This document shows, in pieces, positions 9,582 to 19,189 of a stretch of 39,650 nt of DNA. Position 1 is the first letter of the stretch; every line of letters starts with the position of its first letter. The notes beneath the pieces are model-generated. The model was not told where the DNA came from, did not search any database, and worked only from the letters and a program-made list of their open reading frames with translations. The DNA is from Candidatus Hodarchaeota archaeon (lineage in GTDB: Archaea; Asgardarchaeota; Heimdallarchaeia; Hodarchaeales; Hodarchaeaceae), in NCBI GenBank assembly GCA_016839785.1, contig JAEOTQ010000162.1, positions 1 through 39,650 of the forward strand. The letters run 5' to 3'. The translations under genes were made by a program, and so were the position numbers.

Positions 9582-12500
9582 TCATTCTGTCAGTGTTGGA
9601 TCGTGACAATAAACACAACCTTCCTCATTAAATTCTGTTAAAGTAATGAACGCTCCACACTTGCTACATACGATTTCTTCATCAGAAGTTGACTCTTCCT
9701 GTGTAATTGATGTTTCTTCTTCACCTTTTTCACCGTTAGTATATAAATCCGTTTTTTCCAATTCATCAATCTCATCAGGTGATACTAAAGATGATTTCTG
9801 ATCACGAGAGGTTGTTTCTACAGATTTAGGGATAATAGATTCGATCTCATTCCTCGATATTTGCGGAGATACGCTTTTCATTGATGAGGGCTTTACAGAC
9901 GATGACGATCTTTTGCCACCTTTTTTCCTACGTCGTTTTGGTTGAGATTTCGTTGTTTGTGGAAAATTAAAAATTGTGTCAAGAGATTGTGTCCTTGGTT
10001 TCCCTCTTTTCTTTTGAGTTTTCTTTAAATTTACGTTTGTTGATAATTTCACAAGTCTAAGGGGTGGTGTTTCTTCTTCTGGTTCGGAAGGTATAATTAT
10101 TGCTGTATTAACGTCTTCAGATTCCTGTTCAAGTATTTTCTCTTTTTCTGCATTCTCTATTTCTTCGATGTCAAGAATAATTTGTGTATCTGATTTTACC
10201 TCTTGAGTTTTCATTGGATATTGAATCATTCTATCAAAAATTCTCCCAGGATCATAAATATCTTTTAAATACTGCTTGGTGTCAATTAATTGCTTTATAT
10301 CTGAAATTGAGGTGATCTCATTTAGCATAAAACTTAACGTACATATCCCATGCTTTATAAAAACAGATTTAACTTTTTCAAAATCGAAATCAAACACTTG
10401 AGCAGGGATAACATGATTTCCCTTGATGTTCACCATTTGAATACGAATCCCTGGATCAATAGAATATCCAAGGTCCTTCAAGATGTATGCTGCTGTAACT
10501 TGAGGTAATTTTGACTTATAATCCTTTAGATCCTTATTAATAGCCTTGGGTTTGACAAAGTATGAGGGATCTAGGTTTCCCTCCAGCACTTCATTTCTTA
10601 TCCTATCTGAGGCTTTAAACGCGTTTTGATATATTTGTCCTAATGAAATCGGATTTGCGGGATCGTACTGTTCTAAATATGCTTTTATAATTTCTTCTTG
10701 AAAGTGTTTTTGTAGTTTTGAAAAATCTGCTCTTTTTGATTCCAACCCTGTTATTTCTTCTTCCTCCCATTTGTTATCCTGTCCTAGATGATTATAAACA
10801 ATATATTTCTTTTTGCCCATGACAAATTGAAAATCATAGGGACCATCTTGTTCGAATTGAATTAGGCTTTTACTAGTCCTCTTTATCGTCACTCCGTCAT
10901 TTAACTGGTAATTGTCATTTTTGAATCCAGCAGTTATAACTTTTTCATTTAAAATTTTATCAATAAGACTAACGCGAAACTCAAGCTTTTCATCTAATTC
11001 TGCAGGATTACTTAATGTCACGGGAAAATCAAGGGGAAATTGCTTTGGAACCCATAACCATACTCCGTCGGTATTGTGACATATGATTCCTCCATTCGCA
11101 GATACAAAATTATTATTTTCATCCACGGTCAGGTCATATACATACTCTGAAGTCTTTTCGACCTCTTCTAAGCTTTTTTTCTGAATATTAATTGTATCAT
11201 TTAATTCCCTATGAGGATAATGTAATCCACTACCCACTCTCCAATTCTCATAGTTCATGAAGTTAATTACATAACATGGATTTCCAGAGGTTGCTGAGAC
11301 GGTCTCTTGAATACTGACCGTGGATCCCAATTGTTTTCCAAGTACGTAGAGATCATCTCGTAATCCACTACTTGATGTATAGAAGGCCTTTCGTTTTCCT
11401 TGAATCGATCCATCTCCGGCAAAATATCCTCTTAAAAACGCATCCTTTATTTCTGTATTTGCAGATAGGATTAATTTTGGGATTCTTTTATTAAAGGCAG
11501 TATGACCACAACCAAGGGTCTCGAAAAGATGATAGAAGAAAATATTATCCATAGCTAGCCTAAATGTTTGGGATCTGGAATCTGAGAGAGCTGGTGTAAC
11601 TTTATATGTTGTATGTAAGTGTTTAGCGACTTCTACTATGAGTTCTTCAATTCTTTTCAGATTAATCTTATTCTTTTGAGAAATCCCAACGCTTGCTATA
11701 CCATTGTAGATCCCTGAACTCCCTTCTGCAACAAACCATCCACATAATTCTGCTATCTTCCCATCTAATTTTATAATTGGTGAATACTTGTACCCCTTCC
11801 TACTACCTACCAATGTTCCAGGTTCTATTTTGCCATTAAATCGTTTTAAGGAAATTTCGTAATAGTTTCTTCTCTTATTTTTGTCTTTCTTGTCGTATCT
11901 TAAGCTAGACTGTCGTCCTCCCCATTTTTTCTCTCCTCCAACAGGAACGTAAACGAATAACTCCAAACTTTCTGGGCTACATGATGTGAAATCAACATAG
12001 AGTCCTGATTTCTGAATATTGGGAATGGTTCCAATATGAGCTATGAATTCGTCATTCAATTTATTTACTATTAAAGGTTCAATACGCTCCTCAATTTGGT
12101 GGAATATACTATGAGAATCCGTAGTCTTGACAGAACCAAACGGAGTGGTAATTTTGAATATATTTCTGTTTGTTTTCTGCCTAACACATCGTAATACAGT
12201 CTTCCATTCAACAACTCCGTATTCTGATACAGATAATGCTTTCCAACCACTTGGTACGGAAACGTATTCTACTCCTCGAGATTGAACTTGAACCCCTGAC
12301 TCTGAGATCGACAGACAATAATCTGTAAATTCTCCTATTGAATCAATTTTGATGAAACCATCTGGATCTTTGAGAACAAGACGTTCAGCATAATCCAAAC
12401 TATCTAATTCAGTAACCATTCCAATATTTTCCAATTGATTTGCGGCCCAATATATCAAATCCGCAGATAATTTTGTAGTAATACCTGCACACGGTGTACT

Positions 12501-15341
12501 AGCATTTCTCACTCCTCCCCGCATACCCAATAAACCGTAAATACTATTGAGGGGAACTTTCATTCCCAGTTGCGTACTATCATGAAATTTCTGTTGTCGA
12601 AGCGTGGTTGGTGGAACTGACTGATTTGTTAAGTTTTTTTGCTTGATAACTTGTTTTAATCTCTGGGCTTCGAATTTATGTCTAACTCTAGTATTGAAGA
12701 ATTCATCCATAATACGAGCTACGAAATTGAAAGCTTTTTGACACACTCGTGATTGAACAGAAATGAGAACTGATATTTTTTTTGTCCGAACATCGATACT
12801 TAGGTAAGTATTCTTTGGAAGCTGAAACGATTTTGGTTGATCTTCAAAGATATCAAAGTGATTTCTGTCTAAATGAGTTCCTAGCTGAGTAGCTTCCACT
12901 GTTTGTTCTAACCACTTCTCTATCCTATTATAAGGGTCAACAGAAGTGAAATTCTTTCCTAAATATGATTTACTCAAAGGAATCTTTGTGAATCCTGACC
13001 GTTTTTTCAAGATGTGTGCTTCAGTCTGTGAACCATTGTATGAGAAGATCTCTTGAATTCGTCCTGTAGTCGCTTCTTCAGGTTCATACTCTTTACAAGT
13101 AGACTCATTCTGAGTAGTACATATTGAAGGATCACATTTTGATGAACTTTTCACTTTGTGTTTACATGGTCTACGAGCAGTAAGTTTGATTACCCAATCT
13201 CCTTCAAAGAAGCAGCTTCCATCTTTTTCTTTATAGTTACACTTTTGACATTTGGTTAGTGGTACAATACCCGAAGGTTGTAGTTTATATTGGCGAATTT
13301 GTGATGGATACATAGATGTAACATCTACATGGACACCCCTCATCTGTACGGGTCCTGATGTATCTAATAGCTCGTCTATCTGCTTTACAATCTCCTCTAC
13401 AACTTGTTCCACTCCCTCAACTTGAATATCAGAAAGGTCCTCAAGGATTTCGCGTAAAATTGAATTTTTCTCCTCATAAAGACTAGTTGGCACCCCATTT
13501 TGTTGTAAAGCCGAGGAAAAATTCTTATGTAGCTGTTCGAGGTCATCTGTAAAGGAAATCGGTAAATCACCAAATTTTGCTAAAATTTTTCTATCAAATT
13601 GGTTTTTCATTTCCCTTTTGGCTATACCTTCACTATTTTTTGTGATAATTTGCTGTATAAGCGCTTTAATCTCAGTAAGAGCTTTTTTATTAGGTTTGAA
13701 GTCTGTGAAGATATCACTTCGAAAGATTCCTGATCGCCTCGCTTCAACTAATCCTCCAGTATAGGCAAAGGAGTCTATCCTTATATTTGGAGAAAAAGAT
13801 TCAATGTGTTTTTGCTCAATTCTTCGTTTACCAATAATGTTATAATGATGGCCTTCTGCATCAATTAGTAAATCATCTAAAGAACCAGCCCGACGAGTTA
13901 AAATTTCGGAAGATGGAACAGGAAACATCTGTCCTAAAGAAATAAAGAAATCTAACACAATTTCTTTAACATAACGATAAGTAATATATCCATCACATGC
14001 AGCATAACCAACAGCATCGACAGGACTTTCCTCGATTGCAAAAAGTGCTTCTCGTCCAATAGGTATTATCTTAAGCTTCTTTTCAACACTTGGCTTCAGT
14101 CCTAAATCCTTTTTGGGTAAGTAACTATACTTTTCATTAAACAAATAAGCATCAAGATGAATTATACCTGCACCCGATACAGAATCAATGCTTGCGGGAG
14201 AATAATTTTCTCTGAGATCAATATTCCCTTGATTCTGCCCATCAGGCCTTCGTTTATATTTAATACGAAAACCTGTTCTTCTTTCAAGTGAGATATTATA
14301 CAGTAAAGAGCGAACTGCTAAAAATGGGATGTCAAACCGATCTCCAAAGAAATCCGCAAACACATCAGGTTGATATTCTTCTATTATCTCATAAAACCGA
14401 TGCAGAAGTTGTTGTTCATTTTTATAAATTTGTACATTGACTGGAACTCGTTCAATAAGTACTGATTGAGGAAAAAAAGTATCTTTCTTACACCAATCAA
14501 CCCAGGGCTTTGAATGGTCCTTATCTTTCTGTTTCAATACAATATCAATGCCTGAGACATCTTTCGTGTCCACTACATCATCATTGATTATCAAATGATT
14601 TACATTTCCAGTGAATAAAGAAATCATTGAAATTGCATCACGATTGGGATTTGGTTCACGTGTTAAATCAAAGACAGTTTCAATATCATAAGCAAGAATC
14701 TGAAGTTCTGGTGGTGCTTTATTGTGTAAAATATCAAGTTTGTGAATTTCTCCTCCTCTAATATCGGCTTGATACCAAGATCCAACCCTAATATTATGGT
14801 CAATAGCTACACGATGGTTATAGAGGACATCCGCTTCTCGCCATTCAATTACTCCTTTAATTTGTTCACATTGAGATCTTATGCTCGGAACAGACCTTGG
14901 ATGATCCACAGTAACTTTGAGGAAATCCTTGGTTATTAGAAAAGTAAGATCAGCAGCATCATGACATATCTCCTTTGAAACCATGATAACTTTTTTCTCT
15001 CCAAGTTCCTGAATCTGAGCAATTATTCGATTTATTTGATTGCTTGTAAGTTCAGATCTTATTAATAGATAAAAGTATGGAGCATGTCGTAAAAAAGCAC
15101 TTCGCTTATTATGGCCCTCATCAAGAAAGTATACCTGAACACCGTTTATAGTTCTTGTATTACCACCTGATTGATAATCATCCTCAGAATCAAACGAGGG
15201 TTCAAAAGTTTCATCTTTTTTACTCTTGGCTTCGTAATCCAAAATAAAGATAGGCTGATCTACCTGCTGATTATACCGATAGGGGGGAAACCATGAGCGA
15301 TAACCATGATTAGCGCCGCGATTTCGACCTGAACTTGCCAT
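9582..15341 (-). CDS. polB: Family B DNA polymerase, eukaryotic Pol epsilon-like, intein-containing precursor (1919 aa; 1476 aa spliced)
   Basis: Exo motifs LAYDIET, FFGDRFDIPF and YAACD; epsilon-type YTGGLVEARRSGIFRSD; motif A HVDVTSMYP..LQP; motif B QLGMKVPLNSIYG; motif C ELD|TDGVW; KKKY and GLESKR. Confidence 0.93.
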   Translation of the reverse strand: MASSGRNRGANHGYRSWFPPYRYNQQVDQPIFILDYEAKSKKDETFEPSFDSEDDYQSGGNTRTINGVQVYFLDEGHNKRSAFLRHAPYFYLLIRSELTSNQINRIIAQIQELGEKKVIMVSKEICHDAADLTFLITKDFLKVTVDHPRSVPSIRSQCEQIKGVIEWREADVLYNHRVAIDHNIRVGSWYQADIRGGEIHKLDILHNKAPPELQILAYDIETVFDLTREPNPNRDAISMISLFTGNVNHLIINDDVVDTKDVSGIDIVLKQKDKDHSKPWVDWCKKDTFFPQSVLIERVPVNVQIYKNEQQLLHRFYEIIEEYQPDVFADFFGDRFDIPFLAVRSLLYNISLERRTGFRIKYKRRPDGQNQGNIDLRENYSPASIDSVSGAGIIHLDAYLFNEKYSYLPKKDLGLKPSVEKKLKIIPIGREALFAIEESPVDAVGYAACDGYITYRYVKEIVLDFFISLGQMFPVPSSEILTRRAGSLDDLLIDAEGHHYNIIGKRRIEQKHIESFSPNIRIDSFAYTGGLVEARRSGIFRSDIFTDFKPNKKALTEIKALIQQIITKNSEGIAKREMKNQFDRKILAKFGDLPISFTDDLEQLHKNFSSALQQNGVPTSLYEEKNSILREILEDLSDIQVEGVEQVVEEIVKQIDELLDTSGPVQMRGVHVDVTSMYPSQIRQYKLQPSGIVPLTKCQKCNYKEKDGSCFFEGDWVIKLTARRPCKHKVKSSSKCDPSICTTQNESTCKEYEPEEATTGRIQEIFSYNGSQTEAHILKKRSGFTKIPLSKSYLGKNFTSVDPYNRIEKWLEQTVEATQLGTHLDRNHFDIFEDQPKSFQLPKNTYLSIDVRTKKISVLISVQSRVCQKAFNFVARIMDEFFNTRVRHKFEAQRLKQVIKQKNLTNQSVPPTTLRQQKFHDSTQLGMKVPLNSIYGLLGMRGGVRNASTPCAGITTKLSADLIYWAANQLENIGMVTELDSLDYAERLVLKDPDGFIKIDSIGEFTDYCLSISESGVQVQSRGVEYVSVPSGWKALSVSEYGVVEWKTVLRCVRQKTNRNIFKITTPFGSVKTTDSHSIFHQIEERIEPLIVNKLNDEFIAHIGTIPNIQKSGLYVDFTSCSPESLELFVYVPVGGEKKWGGRQSSLRYDKKDKNKRRNYYEISLKRFNGKIEPGTLVGSRKGYKYSPIIKLDGKIAELCGWFVAEGSSGIYNGIASVGISQKNKINLKRIEELIVEVAKHLHTTYKVTPALSDSRSQTFRLAMDNIFFYHLFETLGCGHTAFNKRIPKLILSANTEIKDAFLRGYFAGDGSIQGKRKAFYTSSSGLRDDLYVLGKQLGSTVSIQETVSATSGNPCYVINFMNYENWRVGSGLHYPHRELNDTINIQKKSLEEVEKTSEYVYDLTVDENNNFVSANGGIICHNTDGVWLWVPKQFPLDFPVTLSNPAELDEKLEFRVSLIDKILNEKVITAGFKNDNYQLNDGVTIKRTSKSLIQFEQDGPYDFQFVMGKKKYIVYNHLGQDNKWEEEEITGLESKRADFSKLQKHFQEEIIKAYLEQYDPANPISLGQIYQNAFKASDRIRNEVLEGNLDPSYFVKPKAINKDLKDYKSKLPQVTAAYILKDLGYSIDPGIRIQMVNIKGNHVIPAQVFDFDFEKVKSVFIKHGICTLSFMLNEITSISDIKQLIDTKQYLKDIYDPGRIFDRMIQYPMKTQEVKSDTQIILDIEEIENAEKEKILEQESEDVNTAIIIPSEPEEETPPLRLVKLSTNVNLKKTQKKRGKPRTQSLDTIFNFPQTTKSQPKRRRKKGGKRSSSSVKPSSMKSVSPQISRNEIESIIPKSVETTSRDQKSSLVSPDEIDELEKTDLYTNGEKGEEETSITQEESTSDEEIVCSKCGAFITLTEFNEEGCVYCHDPTLTE
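11073..12401 (-). mobile_element. Intein (443 aa, residues 981-1423) with LAGLIDADG homing endonuclease, inserted in polymerase motif C
   Basis: Starts with Ser (SLDYAERLV), block B TTDSH, endonuclease motifs LCGWFVAEG and FLRGYFAGDG, block F VYDLTV, ends CHN with +1 Thr; excision restores ELDTDGVW. Confidence 0.96.
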
Positions 15342-15858
15342 AATATCTACTCAAAGCTTTAAAGACGAAACTAGTTCATATTGGAAAAAAAATGTATAGG
15401 ATCCTATTTTTTGGCTTTTTTTTCGTTAGAGACTTCGTATTTCATAATTTTGGATATTAGTATATCCTGAAGATGGATTTGTTGAAAATCTTATAATCAA
15501 TGAAAATCCCCTTCATGGAAAGTTGTAATAAATTCTTAGTAGTTCCAATTTAAAAAAGTACTTACAGGCTTTGGTATTTAAAAAGACAATGCCTTACATT
15601 TATATAGTCCTTAAATGGATATATAGATCTGTTAGGAAAACGAAGTGAGTATCTATCAGAAGATACCCCATATACTTGAATAAAGAGGACGATTTTAAGA
15701 AAGAGATTAGCTCCAGATTCCAGAATGTATTAAAGATCCATTGATCTATAATGTATAATTGACAATATTTAGATAATAAAAGGATAAAATGCCCAAAAAT
15801 TGTTTAACTTTGGTGACTATTTAGTGCTTGTCAAGAATTTGAAGGAGACCTATATCCT

Positions 15859-16119
15859 ATGCAACTTTCACGTCTAATAGAAAAATTCCGTACCGAAATT
15901 CTTGGTTTTTTAGCTGCATTTGTTTTGATTTCTGCTGGTTTAATTTTTCCCTATTTTATTCCTGATCAAGTAAATGCTCCCCTTGGATTTCAAGATACAA
16001 CATGGATAAAATCATTAATTTCTTATTTACTAATTGGTATGGGGCTTGTAAGCTTCTTTTGGCTCGTTATTATCCATCGATTCATGGTTCATAAGAGTAA
16101 AAAGGATTACATGTACTAA
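15859..16119 (+). CDS. Small membrane protein (2 TM)
   Basis: Two hydrophobic helices, basic C-terminal tail, AAGGAG upstream. Confidence 0.7.
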   Translation: MQLSRLIEKFRTEILGFLAAFVLISAGLIFPYFIPDQVNAPLGFQDTTWIKSLISYLLIGMGLVSFFWLVIIHRFMVHKSKKDYMY

Positions 16120-16164
16120 TAATTGAGTAAACTATAAAATTTGTAGAAGGATTGTGAATTAGGA

Positions 16165-16569
16165 ATGGGTAAAGGAAAAAAAGAGAAAATACCTCCCATG
16201 TATGTAAATTCGAATGTTTGGAAGGTTCTACTTGAAATTGAAGATCTCCGTGTTAAGGAACGAAAATTAATACGTAAATTATGGAGAGATCTGAGAGAAG
16301 ATACTACTCGAAGAATTCATACTATGGTTTTTGAGCAAGCTCTTCAATCTAATTCGGCTTTTCCATCCATGAATGAAAAAGAACTTGAAAAATGGATAAC
16401 AGAGAATATTTCAGCCGTATTTATTGCTCTTATTGAACAAGGTGATATTGTTGTTGAAGAAGAGGAACCCAGTAAATGGAGAGAGGCCGGAATAGCTATC
16501 TACGATAAAATCAGAAAAACTGTTTCAAAAGTAGAAACCGATAAAATAGAAGTAAAGGAAAACGACTGA
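16165..16569 (+). CDS. Hypothetical helical protein (134 aa)
   Basis: ATG start, co-oriented and tightly spaced with neighbours; no family recognised. Confidence 0.7.
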   Translation: MGKGKKEKIPPMYVNSNVWKVLLEIEDLRVKERKLIRKLWRDLREDTTRRIHTMVFEQALQSNSAFPSMNEKELEKWITENISAVFIALIEQGDIVVEEEEPSKWREAGIAIYDKIRKTVSKVETDKIEVKEND

Positions 16570-16584
16570 TTTTGGAGATTTAGA

Positions 16585-19176
16585 TTGTCTTTTCAGTTGA
16601 ATCAAAATCATCTCACTAATAAGACATCAGATCTGGCTTTAATCCGACTAAAACCATTGATTCAAGAGATTCTACAGCTCAATCATAAAAATTCCAATCC
16701 AGAAACTTCAGATAATAGATTTGAAGAAATTATCATTTTTCATTTTGTCACTCTGATGTTTATTGGGATAGAAAATATTAATGAGCTCCTTAAATTAGAA
16801 TTAAAAGATTGGAACGAAGTATTTTCTTATTTTAGTGATCCTTGTGAAGTCGTCCTTCAATTAACAAAATTTCTATCGCTTTTAAATCAATCTGATCAGG
16901 TTTACGGTTATTATTCTGAAAATCGAGATTTCTTGCAAGAAAATTTAAGGAAAGTGGATTGGGGAACACATGCGGAAATGGTTTGTAGGGATATTGTTTT
17001 CAAGAAAAATCATAGAAGTCAATGTGAGGGAAATTCAACCAATATAAATTTCGATTTTTTAGATAAAATTGCTTATTTATTGATAGAGATAAGAAATAAA
17101 TCAAAAAAACACTCTGGAATTATATATACTCCGTATTATATTGCTGAGCAAATCACTGAGAAAATTATCATTCAGTGGTATAAAAAAACCATACATACTA
17201 ACCTCAAAACGAGACCAAATCAAAAACCTGTCCTTCTTGATCCTACTGTCGGTACAGGTATTTTTTTAATTGCTGCAGGAAACGCCTTATTGAACAATTT
17301 TAAAAAAGAAGCTCAAATCTCTTCAGATCTTTCTCTTAGAAAGGAGATTATAGAACATTATCTTTACGGTTTTGATAATGATCCGATTGGAATTCTAATT
17401 ACCAAGATCAAACTAAATTTGTGGATATTAGATGACTTAATTTCAAGTACCGAGTCAGATGTGGGTCTATCAGACAATATCTATCAGAGAGATTCTCTAT
17501 TCGAATATTCTTCTATGCCGTCACATATGGAATCGATCTCCAAACTCGAACAAGATTCTTGGAATGATAAATATTCTGTTTCTAGTGAAAAAAAATTTGT
17601 TTATAAAATTCCTTCGAAGTCTTCCTTCCATAAAAGAATAACAGATATTAATAAACTTAACAAAATGGTTTCTGAATTAGAAGATTCATATTATTTCATA
17701 ATAGAGGGAAGAAAGCGAGAGTGGAACGAATTTAAAGCCTTTTTGAACAATGAAACTAGAAAAAAAGTATATTTTTCGGTCTCTGATTACTATAATCCGA
17801 CAAACGATTCTTTTCTTGTCAGTTCGTGTGAATTACATCAAAATATGGGCGATAATCTTTCACTATGGAATTTTCATGAATCTTATCACAGAAGTGAACC
17901 TGGTCTTCCCCAAAAATTCGATATAATCGTTGGAAATCCCCCTTATATAGCGTTAACAGATTTAGCAATGATTACACGCCTTAAGATTAGACAAGAATTT
18001 CCAGAAATCTATAATGGGAATAGTGATGTGTCATATTTCTTTACGAAAAAAATGATTCAAAATTTAAACCCTAATGGGATTCTAGGGTTCCTTCTACCAA
18101 AATCTTTACTGTCCAGTGTCCATGCAATGAGTATTAGAGAATTCATTACAAAAAATTCCACTTTTCTTGAACTTCACGATTTTAATGGGATTCAATTATT
18201 TCCTCAAATTAATATCAAAACATGTTTCTTACTACTAAAAAAACAAATTAACAGTCAAAACAAAGAATTTTATGCATATAATTACTTTACAACAAAGATT
18301 GAGGATATTGAAGTTATAAGAATTTCTCAAACGCGGCTAAAATCGAATAAATGGACTCTATTATCGAGTTTACAACTTAAAATTATAGAAAAATTGATCA
18401 AGATATCGAACTTCAGGTTGAAAGATATTTCGTCAATTAGTAAAGGTATTGAAACAGGGTGTGACAAGATTTTCGCTCCCAAGATTCCTTACTTCTTTTC
18501 TAAGCAATTAAATTTGAATTCCTATAATTATAAACCATGGCTAAAAGGGAAGGAGATAAAGCCATTTTTTATAAGTCGTGAGGGTAGAGAGGTCTTATAT
18601 GCTCCAAAATCTCGACAGAAACAGATTAGAAAATCAAAAAAAGCTTACCAATTTTTGAAGGATAACCAAAATGAACTTTTAAACAGGAGTAGAGTGACTA
18701 AGTATTACTTATGGAGAGAGGGAGATGAACGTTACACTATGAATTGGCAAAATAGCAAGATTGTCACCCCCTATAAAGCAAAGAAGAATACTTTTGCTAT
18801 TGATAATCAAGGTTGTCTATCTTCCAAGGATGTTGTTTGGATCATTCCTAATAAAGAATTTCAGGATGATGATTATCTACAGGTTCTTGTAGCTTTATTG
18901 AATTCAAAAACACTCACATTCTACGCTCGATGTATGTTCAAAGACTTGGGAAATATGTTTGATTATTACCCCCTTCAAATTGATAGCTTTCCTCTCGTAA
19001 TGCCTATTCGGAATTCTCGAGAGTTCATCGACATTCTTAATCTAGTAAGACGATTCCGATACGAAAAAAGAAGTAAAAGAGAGAACTTGTTGCAAGATAT
19101 AGATAAAATGGTATATCAGTTGTACAATTTAACAAAAGAGCAGATCTTGGAAGTTGAGTCATTCACAAGTCGATAA
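16585..19176 (+). CDS. Gamma-class amino (probably N6-adenine) DNA methyltransferase with TaqI-like C-terminal target-recognition domain
   Basis: Motif X GIIYTP, motif I LLDPTVGTGIFL, LYGFDND, motif IV IVGNPPY, GILGFLLP; TRD motifs KGIETG and ALLNSK; TTG start after GGAG. Confidence 0.9.
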   Translation: MSFQLNQNHLTNKTSDLALIRLKPLIQEILQLNHKNSNPETSDNRFEEIIIFHFVTLMFIGIENINELLKLELKDWNEVFSYFSDPCEVVLQLTKFLSLLNQSDQVYGYYSENRDFLQENLRKVDWGTHAEMVCRDIVFKKNHRSQCEGNSTNINFDFLDKIAYLLIEIRNKSKKHSGIIYTPYYIAEQITEKIIIQWYKKTIHTNLKTRPNQKPVLLDPTVGTGIFLIAAGNALLNNFKKEAQISSDLSLRKEIIEHYLYGFDNDPIGILITKIKLNLWILDDLISSTESDVGLSDNIYQRDSLFEYSSMPSHMESISKLEQDSWNDKYSVSSEKKFVYKIPSKSSFHKRITDINKLNKMVSELEDSYYFIIEGRKREWNEFKAFLNNETRKKVYFSVSDYYNPTNDSFLVSSCELHQNMGDNLSLWNFHESYHRSEPGLPQKFDIIVGNPPYIALTDLAMITRLKIRQEFPEIYNGNSDVSYFFTKKMIQNLNPNGILGFLLPKSLLSSVHAMSIREFITKNSTFLELHDFNGIQLFPQINIKTCFLLLKKQINSQNKEFYAYNYFTTKIEDIEVIRISQTRLKSNKWTLLSSLQLKIIEKLIKISNFRLKDISSISKGIETGCDKIFAPKIPYFFSKQLNLNSYNYKPWLKGKEIKPFFISREGREVLYAPKSRQKQIRKSKKAYQFLKDNQNELLNRSRVTKYYLWREGDERYTMNWQNSKIVTPYKAKKNTFAIDNQGCLSSKDVVWIIPNKEFQDDDYLQVLVALLNSKTLTFYARCMFKDLGNMFDYYPLQIDSFPLVMPIRNSREFIDILNLVRRFRYEKRSKRENLLQDIDKMVYQLYNLTKEQILEVESFTSR

Positions 19177-19189
19177 CTTAGTTATAACT

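Noticed and set aside
15342-15858. Replication origin
   Set aside because: No ORB-like repeats recognised and no adjacent orc1/cdc6
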